DNA of 64,000 nucleotides. Origin: Terriglobia bacterium (lineage in GTDB: Bacteria; Acidobacteriota; Terriglobia; 20CM-2-55-15). The stretch covers positions 224,001 to 288,000 of the forward strand of contig CBDCLE010000024.1 of the NCBI GenBank assembly GCA_965218585.1. The letters are read 5' to 3'. The notes under the pieces were generated by a model, which was given only the letters and a program-made list of their open reading frames with translations, searched no databases and was not told the origin of the DNA. Numbering within the stretch: position 1 is the stretch's first letter; every line of letters starts with the position of its first letter. A program made the translations under genes and the position numbers. Shown one piece after another: positions 20,750 through 28,992 of this stretch.

Positions 20750-21571
20750 ATGTCCGGACCACTGGAAAACCGAACCGTAGCGATCACAGAGCATCGTTTT
20801 GAGAATGAATTGATGACTCTGATCGAAAGACATGGTGCCCGGGTTCTTTCCTGTCCGCTGCTGGAAGAGCGTCCGGTCGGGAACCGGTTTGAGTTACAGG
20901 TCTTTATAAGAGAACTCATCGCGGATGGATTCGACTTCATGGTGTTTTTCACGGGAGTCGGTGCCCGGTTTATTGCCCAAGAGGCCGATACGATGGAGCA
21001 GTCGGATCAATACAGGCAAGCGCTCGGCGGAATGAAAGTCGTGGCTCGGGGCAACAAACCCAGATCAGCGTTGGCGAAGCTGGGATTAGGTGTAGATCTG
21101 GCGCCAGAAAAAGCGACTTCTGAAGGTTTGCTCGAACTGCTCGCGGAGGAAGGGATCGATGGAAAACGCGTCGGGGTTCAGCTCTACGGCAGCCCGAACC
21201 CGGATTTCATCGCGGGCCTGGAAAACCTTGGGGCTCGGATCACAGTCGTTCAGGTCTACAACTATGGCCCGGCTTCGGATTCGGAGCGGGTGGTCGGTTT
21301 TATCGATACACTACTTTCCGGCGAAGTTGACGTGATCACCTTTACCAGTGCGCCGCAGGTCGAGTCTCTCTTCGACACTGCCAATACGGCGGGCCGAGCA
21401 GGGAAACTCGGTGTCGCTTTGAACGAGAAAATCTCTGTTGCAGCAGTGGGCGAAGTAACCGAGCGGGCGTTGGTTGGCTACGGGATCACCGTGCGGATTC
21501 TTCCCAGGGCGCCAAAGATGGGCCCTCTGGCGGATGCGATTGCTCAGTATTTCGACAAGAGACAATGGTGA
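20750..21571 (+). CDS. hemD: Uroporphyrinogen-III synthase
   Basis: LENRTVAITE, FFTGVG, ARGNKP, QLYG, ITFTSAPQV, AVGEVT; directly upstream of cysG. Confidence 0.85.
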   Translation: MSGPLENRTVAITEHRFENELMTLIERHGARVLSCPLLEERPVGNRFELQVFIRELIADGFDFMVFFTGVGARFIAQEADTMEQSDQYRQALGGMKVVARGNKPRSALAKLGLGVDLAPEKATSEGLLELLAEEGIDGKRVGVQLYGSPNPDFIAGLENLGARITVVQVYNYGPASDSERVVGFIDTLLSGEVDVITFTSAPQVESLFDTANTAGRAGKLGVALNEKISVAAVGEVTERALVGYGITVRILPRAPKMGPLADAIAQYFDKRQW

Positions 21572-22979
21572 AGTATTTTCCGATTTCGTTGAACGTGAAG
21601 AGCCGGGACGTGACGGTGATCGGGGGTGGTCTGATCGCCGAGCAACGGGTCGAGACGTTGCTCGAGTGTGAGGCGCGCGTGAAGGTCATCAGCCCGGAGG
21701 TGACGGAAAGGCTAAAGTCTCTTGCCGAGGACGGTTCCATTCGCGTTCAGTTGCGCGGCTACGCGCCCGGGGATCTTGACGGCGCGTGGGTGGCGCTGGC
21801 TGCCGCCGATGATTCATCTGTCAATGACGCAGCCTGGGGTGAGGCGCGAGAGCGTGACATTCCTATCAATGTGGCGGACGATGCTTCCCGGTGTGATTTC
21901 ATCATGCCCGCGCTCGTGCGCCGAGGCGATCTGACAATTGCGATATCCACGGGTGGCACGAGCCCTGCTCTGGCAGCTCGATTGCGGCGCCGTATATCCG
22001 CGATCGTGGGACCCGAATACGGGAAGCTGCTCCGGGTCTTGAGCCGCGTTCGGTCCCGGCTGAAACAGTCGGTGCCCGACGATGAAGAACGCAAGAAACT
22101 GCACTACCGGATCGTGGATTCGAAGATCCTTGGGAGAATACTCGAATCAGAACGCGAGATAGTCGATTCCGAGATCGATGAAATCATCAGGGATGCTTCC
22201 CGAACAGAACCCGAGGCAGAAGGTGTTGTGTATATCGTCGGCGCCGGTCCAGGGGACCCGGGTCTGATCACCTGGCGCGGTCTGGAGTGTGTGCGCCATG
22301 CCGATGTGATCTTGCACGATCGTCTCACGGACCCACGCCTGCTGGAGGAGTCGGGTCCGGGTGCAGAGGTCATCGACGTCGGAAAACGCGCCGGAGATCG
22401 CGGCCGCATGCAGGATTTCATCCATGAAACGATGGTCGAGCGGGCTCGGCGTGGTCAGATAGTCTGTCGTCTGAAAGGGGGAGATCCTTTTGTATTTGGG
22501 CGGGGCGGGGAAGAGGCGATGGCGTTGACCGGGGCCGACGTTCCCTTTGAAATCATACCCGGAGTGACCAGTGCGATCGCAGCGCCGGCTGCTGCCGGAA
22601 TACCGTCACGCACCGTGGTGCGGCGCATTCTTTCATGGTGATGACAGGTTCCCGGGCCGACGATGCCAGTCCCGAGGAATGGGCGGGAGCGGGAAGCATT
22701 CTTGCGGGAGGAGGAACGTTGGTGGTCCTGATGGGGCTGTCCCGTCTGGATGTCATCGTGAAACGGCTCAGTGAAGCTGGTTGTTCAGGTGAGACGCCTG
22801 CTGCTGTGATTTCTCGTGGAGCCTGGACCGAACAGGATGTTCGTATCGGGACACTGGAAGACATCAAGACTCGATCGGGAGGAATCGCGTCGCCCGCGGT
22901 AATCGTTTTCGGTGTGACCATCGAGGAGAGAGGCCGGCTCCGAGAGGTACGTGCCGCTATGTCGAACAGAAAAGCGTGA
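21565..22979 (+). CDS. cysG: Siroheme synthase CysG (dehydrogenase/ferrochelatase + SUMT); frameshift at ~22605
   Basis: VIGGG, NVADD..CDFIMP, IAISTGG.SP; VGAGPGDPGLIT, RLKGGDPFVFGRGGEE, PGVTSA; adding one base restores GIPVTHRGAAHSFMVMTG and joins ORFs 21565-22641 and 22635-22979. Confidence 0.9.
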
Positions 22980-22993
22980 GGCGGAACCGAGTC

Positions 22994-23275
22994 TTAGATT
23001 CGCCCGCCGGAGATCGCTGGAATAATCGCAACTTCCGCTCCTGTTGGAACCTTTGTCTTCAGGTCGTCCAGGAAACGTACATCTTCGCCATCGACGTAGA
23101 TGTTGAAGAAGCGTCTTAATTCTCCCGTGTCTTCACACAGGCGGTCTTTGAGCCCCGGATATTTCTGATCCAACTCATCGAGAATGTCCGAGATCGTCTC
23201 GGCCTGGACATCGATCTGGGAATCCTCTGCGGTGAAATGCCTGAGGGGTGTAGGGATGGTGACCCGAGTCGTCAT
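22994..23275 (-). CDS. MoaD/ThiS/CysO-family ubiquitin-like sulfur carrier protein
   Basis: VTIPTPLR..LRRFFNIYVDGEDVRFL..IIPAISGG followed by a two-residue extension RI. Confidence 0.9.
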   Translation of the reverse strand: MTTRVTIPTPLRHFTAEDSQIDVQAETISDILDELDQKYPGLKDRLCEDTGELRRFFNIYVDGEDVRFLDDLKTKVPTGAEVAIIPAISGGRI

Positions 23276-23300
23276 CGAATTCCTCCGTTCTTAATTTGAC

Positions 23301-24539
23301 TTACGCGGTTAGGCCCAGTTCGTTCACGGCAGCATCGAATGCTCCAAGTTTTGCTTCGATCACTCTTGGAGACTGAAGGTTTAGAGCATCTTGCGTCTTC
23401 AGGCCGTTTCCGGTGATCGCAATAACTGTCTGGTCATGAGGCTTTATCTTTCCCTGTGCAACAAGTTTTCGAGTCACTCCTAGAGCGACTCCCCCGGCAG
23501 TTTCGGTGAAGATGCCTTCGGTTTCAGCCAGCAATTGAATGTTTTCGACTATCTCTTCGTCTGTAACGTCTTCGCCCCACCCACCTGAAGTGGTCATGAT
23601 TTCTGCTGCATAGTATCCGTCTGCGGGCGACCCAATTGCGAGTGACTTGGCGATAGTCGCCGGTTTTACGGGTCGAATGTTCCGGGTTCCGTTTTTGACT
23701 GCTGCCGTTATTGGATTGCAGCCGGTTGCCTGAGCACCGTAAAGCTTGGTTTGAACCGGTGCCTCCAGCAATCCCAGGTTTTCGAATTCTTTCATTCCCA
23801 TGTGAATTTTCGTAATCAGGGATCCTCCGGCCATGGGGACAACGACCGCGTCGGGCGCGCGCCATCCGAGCTGCTCGGCGATTTCGTACCCGAACGACTT
23901 TGACCCGTCACCATAGTAAGGCCGCAGGTTGACGTTGACGAACCCCCAGCCATAACTGTCGGCAACCTGGCTACAGAGGCGGTTGACGTCGTCGTAGTTG
24001 CCGGCAACGGCGATGACGTGGGAGCCATATATAGAAGTAGCGATGACCTTGGCTGTCTCCAGATCCTCAGGAATCAATATCCAGGCGGGCAGTCCGGCTG
24101 CGGCGGCATTAGCCGCGACTGAATTTGCGAGGTTTCCGGTGGAAGCACAGCCGACGGCAGGTAGTCCGAATTCCAGAGCCTTGTTGATCGCGACGGCGGT
24201 GACGCGGTCTTTAAAAGACAGTGTCGGGAAGTTTACGCCCTCGTTCTTGATGTAAAGCTCATCGATGCCGATTTCACGTCCCAGTCGCTGGGCATGAACC
24301 AGAGGTGTGCCTCCCGTCGCCAGTCCGATCTGAGGGTCGTCGTCAATCGGCAGCAGTTCGCGGTAACGCCAGATGGAATTGTCGCGCGAGCGGATGACCT
24401 CTCGCGTTAAGACCCTACCGATTGCTTCGTAGTCGTATTCGACCTTGAGAGGGGCGAAACACTCCTGACACCCGGCAATCGGGGTCTTAGGGTACTGATG
24501 GCCGCATTCTCGACAGCTTAGCCCCGTAACGAAGCTCAT
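23301..24539 (-). CDS. Threonine synthase-like fold-II PLP enzyme (candidate O-phosphohomoserine sulfhydrylase)
   Basis: N-terminal CxxC..CxxC, PTLSFKDR (PLP Lys), CASTGNLA, NVNLRPYY, KSLAIGSPADG, ITGNGLKT; co-oriented with the sulfur carrier gene. Confidence 0.88.
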   Translation of the reverse strand: MSFVTGLSCRECGHQYPKTPIAGCQECFAPLKVEYDYEAIGRVLTREVIRSRDNSIWRYRELLPIDDDPQIGLATGGTPLVHAQRLGREIGIDELYIKNEGVNFPTLSFKDRVTAVAINKALEFGLPAVGCASTGNLANSVAANAAAAGLPAWILIPEDLETAKVIATSIYGSHVIAVAGNYDDVNRLCSQVADSYGWGFVNVNLRPYYGDGSKSFGYEIAEQLGWRAPDAVVVPMAGGSLITKIHMGMKEFENLGLLEAPVQTKLYGAQATGCNPITAAVKNGTRNIRPVKPATIAKSLAIGSPADGYYAAEIMTTSGGWGEDVTDEEIVENIQLLAETEGIFTETAGGVALGVTRKLVAQGKIKPHDQTVIAITGNGLKTQDALNLQSPRVIEAKLGAFDAAVNELGLTA

Positions 24540-24576
24540 TCATCTCTCCTGGGCGCGTACCAGCGGGTTCCACAAT

Positions 24577-24614
24577 AAAAAAAGAACCCCGCGCCATACA
24601 GCACGGGGTTCTTT
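24577..24614 (-). terminator. Intrinsic terminator of downstream riboswitch unit
   Basis: Minus strand AAAGAACCCCGTGC-TGTATG-GCGCGGGGTTCTTT followed by a T run, ~40 nt before the start codon. Confidence 0.85.
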
Positions 24615-24626
24615 CGAAATCCGCCG

Positions 24627-24678
24627 GACTGTTTAGCACATTTTTAACGTGGAGCAATTTGTCTTTAAATCGCCACGC
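24627..24678 (-). ncRNA. SAM-II-like riboswitch aptamer, copy 2
   Basis: CGUGG-CGAUUU-AAAGACAAA-UUGC-U-CCACG-UUAAAAAUGU-GCUAAA-CAG; has the SAM-II pattern (P1 stem, GAUUU, UUGC, A-rich linker, GCUAAA). Confidence 0.78.
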
Positions 24679-24688
24679 TGCCCATACT

Positions 24689-24716
24689 AAAAACCCTACG
24701 CCAACGGCGCAGGGCT
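24689..24716 (-). terminator. Intrinsic terminator of upstream riboswitch unit
   Basis: Minus strand AGCCCTGCGCC-GTT-GGCGTAGGGTT-TTT. Confidence 0.8.
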
Positions 24717-24731
24717 TCAGTGGGACACCTG

Positions 24732-24782
24732 AGCTGTTTAGCACATTTTTAACGTGGAGCAATTTGCGTAAATCACCACGCC
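24732..24782 (-). ncRNA. SAM-II-like riboswitch aptamer, copy 1
   Basis: CGUGG-UGAUUU-ACGCAAA-UUGC-U-CCACG-UUAAAAAUGU-GCUAAA-CAG; 33 nt identical to copy 2 (24734-24766 = 24629-24661). Confidence 0.8.
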
Positions 24783-24796
24783 TAACCAGCCCAGTG

Positions 24797-24826
24797 AGAA
24801 TAGCCCGGTGCAGTCTGCACCGTCAA
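24797..24826 (-). promoter_or_regulatory. sigma70-type promoter for the riboswitch leader
   Basis: TTGACG-18nt-TATTCT on the minus strand, predicting a start ~10 nt before aptamer 1; palindrome CGGTGCAG-T-CTGCACCG (24806-24822) in the spacer. Confidence 0.6.
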
Positions 24827-24862
24827 CTTATCTTTTCGTCGGACCCCGCGAAGAAAGTGGCG

Positions 24863-24950
24863 AAAAAGTGGGGACAGGTCACTCTTTTTGCGTCTGTGCC
24901 GCACTCGAAGACGAAGAGCGGGCAAAAAGAGTGACCTGTCCCCACTTTTT
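24863..24950. repeat. Long perfect inverted repeat (REPIN/MITE-like)
   Basis: 29-bp arms AAAAAGTGGGGACAGGTCACTCTTTTTGC (24863-24891) and its exact complement (24922-24950), 30-nt spacer. Confidence 0.85.
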
Positions 24951-25055
24951 TAAAGACGCCGGCTTCCAGGCTGAAGGGCTATCATAAAGATAGGACGGAA
25001 AGGGGTTTAGATCGTTGTTGAAGGCTGCAAGGACGCAAGAAGTGGGGGTTCTGTA

Positions 25056-26978
25056 GTGGGCGAGTTGATGGTCAAGCGCTTGAAGACCGACCAGCTGAGG
25101 CACTTCGCCAAGACGCTTTTACGTGATGTGCGGGCCCTGGAGCGAATGCTTTCGGAAGGCTTGATCCAGTCGGGCCAGCGCCGGATAGGCTGTGAACAGG
25201 AAATGTTTCTCGTCGACAGGGCGTGGCGGCCGTTTCCGGTAGCGCTGGAGATACTCGACCGGCTGGGGGATGCACATTTCACGACCGAACTCGGGCGCTT
25301 CAATCTGGAAGCGAATCTCGACCCTCAGGCGTTCGAAGGGGACTGCCTGTCGCGGATGGAAGCAGATCTTCTGGCCAAGCTTGCCGCCGTACGCGAGGTT
25401 GCCCATGGGATGGGCGGAGAGATCGTTCTGACGGGTATTCTTCCAACGCTGCGGAAGTCGGACCTCGTTCTTGACAACCTGACTCCCAAGCCACGTTATT
25501 ACGCGCTCAACGAAGCCATGAATCAACTTCGTGGCGGCGATTATGAGTTTAGGTTGCGGGCTTCGGATGAACTCATCGTCAAACAGGATTCCGTCATGCT
25601 GGAATCCTGCTGCACCAGTTTTCAGATCCACTATCAAACCGATCCGGAAGATTTTGTCCAGCTCTACAATGGGGCGCAGGCGTTCACAGCGCCGCTTCTT
25701 GCAGCAGCTGTCAACTCTCCGATGCTGTTCGGCCGGCGTCTGTGGTTCGAAACCCGCGTACCTCTGTTTCAGCAGGCTATCGATACGCGCCGAGCAACGG
25801 CATCACTGAGAGAGCGTTCGTCGCGCGTAAGTTTTGGGGAACGTTGGTTGGAAGGTTCTGTTGTGGAGTTGTTCCGTGAAGACATTGCCCGATTCCGCAT
25901 TCTGCTGGGTGTTGAAGTCGACGAAGATTCACTTGCCACCCTCAAACAGGGGGAGATTCCCGATTTGAGGGCACTTCAGGTACACAACGGAACAGTTTAT
26001 CGATGGAACCGCGCCTGTTACGGCTCGAACGGCACGACGCCGCACCTAAGGATTGAAAATCGTGTTCTGCCCTCAGGTCCGACAGTTCTGGATGAGGTGG
26101 CAAACGCTGCGCTGTTCTTCGGACTGATGCATGCCATGCCTGACGCATACCCGAACCTCTCCAATGTGATGGATTTTGACGATGCACACGTGAACCTCAT
26201 GGTTGCCGCACAGACGGGATTGAAAGCGCGCTTTCGGTGGATTCACGGAAGAGCCATATCCGCAGGGGATCTGATCCTCGAAGAGTTGTTGCCGATTGCA
26301 CGGGAGGGTTTGAAGTCTGGGGGAATCACCCAGGCTGATGTAGACCGGTATCTGGGCGTCATTGAAGAACGGGTGTCGGCGGGCCGAACCGGAGCACAGT
26401 GGATGTTGAAGTCGTTTGCCGACACTCGGGGGCTTCGTCGGGATGCTGCGCTCACGGCTTTGACGGCGGCGACAGTCCAGCGACAGTGGAGTGGAGAGCC
26501 GGGCTATCGGTGGAAGCCTGCAACATTGGAGGAAGGTATGACCCTCGAACGCCAGAAATTGCGGATCGAAGAATCGATGAGCACAGATCTGTTTACGATT
26601 CATCCGGACGAACCCATCGACCTAGTGACGAATCTGATGGACTGGAAGCGCATTCGCCACGTTCCCGTTGAAGATGACGACGGACGGTTAGTGGGACTCG
26701 TGTCTTATTCTGAGGTGCTCCGATACTTCAACCAGGGTGGAAAGGAAGAAGGCCTTCCGGTATCTGCGGATTCTATTATGGATCCTGAACCAGTGACCGT
26801 ATCACCGGAAACACCGGTGTTGGATGCGATCTCGTTGATGACCGAAAAGAAAGCTGATTGTCTGCTTGTGGTCAAGGATGAGCGGCTTGTGGGGATTGTG
26901 ACCGAACATGACGTGCTGAGTCTGGCAGCGCACCTTCTCGCTGAAGGCCAGAATGGTGCCGGGGTTCGGAACGGATGA
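25056..26978 (+). CDS. Glutamate-cysteine ligase family 2 (GCS2/YbdK-like) protein fused to a C-terminal CBS pair
   Basis: IGCEQEMFLVD, TTELGRFNLE, TSFQIH, ETRVPLFQQAID, HNGTVYRWNR, HLRIENRVLPSGPT; IRHVPV and LVGIVTEHD CBS motifs. Confidence 0.88.
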   Translation: MGELMVKRLKTDQLRHFAKTLLRDVRALERMLSEGLIQSGQRRIGCEQEMFLVDRAWRPFPVALEILDRLGDAHFTTELGRFNLEANLDPQAFEGDCLSRMEADLLAKLAAVREVAHGMGGEIVLTGILPTLRKSDLVLDNLTPKPRYYALNEAMNQLRGGDYEFRLRASDELIVKQDSVMLESCCTSFQIHYQTDPEDFVQLYNGAQAFTAPLLAAAVNSPMLFGRRLWFETRVPLFQQAIDTRRATASLRERSSRVSFGERWLEGSVVELFREDIARFRILLGVEVDEDSLATLKQGEIPDLRALQVHNGTVYRWNRACYGSNGTTPHLRIENRVLPSGPTVLDEVANAALFFGLMHAMPDAYPNLSNVMDFDDAHVNLMVAAQTGLKARFRWIHGRAISAGDLILEELLPIAREGLKSGGITQADVDRYLGVIEERVSAGRTGAQWMLKSFADTRGLRRDAALTALTAATVQRQWSGEPGYRWKPATLEEGMTLERQKLRIEESMSTDLFTIHPDEPIDLVTNLMDWKRIRHVPVEDDDGRLVGLVSYSEVLRYFNQGGKEEGLPVSADSIMDPEPVTVSPETPVLDAISLMTEKKADCLLVVKDERLVGIVTEHDVLSLAAHLLAEGQNGAGVRNG

Positions 26979-28129
26979 CCTTGCGAGTGGACGACCGGGT
27001 GATCGGGCGATGGGGCGACTCGGTGACCGGCCCTCTTGTTATTGCGATTGCCGGATTGCACGGTAACGAGCCCGCCGGAGTTACTTCCGCATGGCGGGTT
27101 CTGGGCAAGCTTGCGGAATATTCACCGGCGTTTTCGGGAAGGCTGCTGATCCTGGCGGGTAACCTACCGGCTCTGGCTCATGGTCACAGGTTTGTCGATG
27201 AAGATCTGAACCGTATCTGGTTTCCGGAGCGGCTTCGCGAAGAGGATTTCCGAATCCATCCTCCCGGAACAGTAGAAGAAGCGGAGCAGCGGGAAATGCT
27301 GCACGAGATCAATCGGGTGCTGGATGGTTTCAATGGAACGGCCTACTTCCTGGATCTCCACACGACGTCGGCTTCGGGAGCGCCGTTTTCCGTCTTGGCC
27401 GACACGCTGTCCAACCGCGAACTTGCAGAAAGACTACCCGGCACGATGGTTCTCGGTCTGGAAGAACACCTCGACGGGACCCTACTCAACTACGTGAATG
27501 ATCTGGGGCATGTTGCGATTGGTTTTGAAGGAGGCGAGCACGATTCCCCCGACTCGCTCGAGGCCCAGGAGTTGGCGGTGTGGGAGACACTGGTTCTGGC
27601 CGGATGCGTTCGCCATTGGGAGGTGCCCGGCCTAGATCTGCTGATCGAAACTGTGGAAGCGCGGGCCAAGGGAACGCCAAGGGTTGTTGAAATCAGGCAC
27701 AGGCATCATGTCGTGCCGGACGATGATTTCGAGATGAAGGCCGGATTTCGGAACCTGCAACCGATCGGCCATAGCCAGGTGTTAGCCAGGGACCGGAACG
27801 GAGAGATATTGGCCACCGAAGACGGGCGGATACTGATGCCTCTGTATCAAAGTCAGGGCAGCGACGGATTTTTCATCGTTCGCGAGGTCCGTTCATTCTG
27901 GTTGGCCCTGGCTGTCTGGATGAGGAGGTTCCGCTTAGACAGGCTTCTCCCTCTCATGCCCGGAGTGGCGCCACACCCGGGGGCCGCGGACAGCTTCGTG
28001 ATCAATAACAGGGTCGCCCGTTGGTTCGTCGTTGAGGTATGTCACCTGCTGGGCTTTCGCCGGAAACGCCTCGAAGGCGGGCAGCTGATCGTCAGCCGCC
28101 GTAGAGAGGCGCCCGTGAGAAGTGCCTGA
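26975..28129 (+). CDS. Succinylglutamate desuccinylase/aspartoacylase (M14-like Zn hydrolase)
   Basis: GLHGNEPAG, DEDLNRIW, LDLHTTS, FEGGEH; ATGA overlap with the ligase. Confidence 0.9.
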   Translation: MTLRVDDRVIGRWGDSVTGPLVIAIAGLHGNEPAGVTSAWRVLGKLAEYSPAFSGRLLILAGNLPALAHGHRFVDEDLNRIWFPERLREEDFRIHPPGTVEEAEQREMLHEINRVLDGFNGTAYFLDLHTTSASGAPFSVLADTLSNRELAERLPGTMVLGLEEHLDGTLLNYVNDLGHVAIGFEGGEHDSPDSLEAQELAVWETLVLAGCVRHWEVPGLDLLIETVEARAKGTPRVVEIRHRHHVVPDDDFEMKAGFRNLQPIGHSQVLARDRNGEILATEDGRILMPLYQSQGSDGFFIVREVRSFWLALAVWMRRFRLDRLLPLMPGVAPHPGAADSFVINNRVARWFVVEVCHLLGFRRKRLEGGQLIVSRRREAPVRSA

Positions 28130-28180
28130 GTGCTCCCGCCGCCTAAAAGAGTACGGAACAATCTGAGGAAATGCCCTTGG

Positions 28181-28242
28181 GCCCGCAGTCAGGAAACTGC
28201 GGGCGGCGAGGCCGCTCGGTCAGGATGACCGTCTGAGCGGCC
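28181..28242. terminator. Two GC-rich hairpins between convergent genes
   Basis: GCCCGCAGT/ACTGCGGGC (28181-28204) and GGCCGCTCGG/CTGAGCGGCC (28210-28242); no clear U tract. Confidence 0.4.
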
Positions 28243-28298
28243 GCTGCAAGTCTTCGTCAGCAGTCGAGGGGAAGAGTCTATCGGGGGTCGGGATAGAC

Positions 28299-28985
28299 CT
28301 ACGTTTCCTCATCCGTTTCAGCCCGAAATCCGATGCGTTCGAAAGGATTAAAGATGCTCGAAGCAATGTTCATGAGGTGTGCCGCAATCCGTTTAAGGTA
28401 TCGCGTGTAAAGGGCAGTCGCTACTGCGTCAGTCGGCGTGATGTCCGGGTCTGGAGAGCCGATTAGTTCAGTGACGATTTCGTCGCACTTTCGAAGAATC
28501 CACCAATGACCTTCCATCAGCTGGCGGGCTCCTTCGGCGTTTGAGGACTTGAGCATGGGAAGGATTTGTTCGTATACCTCTCCCACGCCCGTTTCGATTT
28601 TAATAAGATCCGTTTCGTAGCGGCCGGCTGTCAGGCGGGTCGGGTGATGGGAGGCAAGATCCTTGATGTTCTTGGTGTAGTCTCCAATCCGTTCGATGTC
28701 GATCACGATACTCGTCAGGATCAGTCCCGGAATCACGTTGGTTCCACCGGTAATCGCCAGGTGCTTTAGCACCTTTCGCCGCACGTCCTGTTCGTATTGA
28801 TTGATTTTTTGATCCATCGCATAGATGTCGATATCGACCTCAGCGGAATCGCTCTGGCGCAACGACTGAACGGAGGCGGCAAACATCTTGCTCGTGTTGT
28901 CCAGCATCACGTGGGATTCTTCCAGCGCCTGTGTCATCGAGTTTGCTGTGCGCCACAGTTCGATCAATTCTTTGAATCGGAGCAT
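28299..28985 (-). CDS. PhoU-domain protein
   Basis: DQKINQYE..VRRKV, DIERIGDYTKNI, RYLKRIAAHLMNIA; downstream of Na/Pi symporter. Confidence 0.85.
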   Translation of the reverse strand: MLRFKELIELWRTANSMTQALEESHVMLDNTSKMFAASVQSLRQSDSAEVDIDIYAMDQKINQYEQDVRRKVLKHLAITGGTNVIPGLILTSIVIDIERIGDYTKNIKDLASHHPTRLTAGRYETDLIKIETGVGEVYEQILPMLKSSNAEGARQLMEGHWWILRKCDEIVTELIGSPDPDITPTDAVATALYTRYLKRIAAHLMNIASSIFNPFERIGFRAETDEET

Positions 28986-28992
28986 TCCTAGG

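Noticed and set aside
24629-24766. 33-bp direct repeat as a mini CRISPR array
   Set aside because: Only two copies, a 72-nt structured spacer containing a terminator, and no cas genes; better explained as tandem riboswitch aptamers
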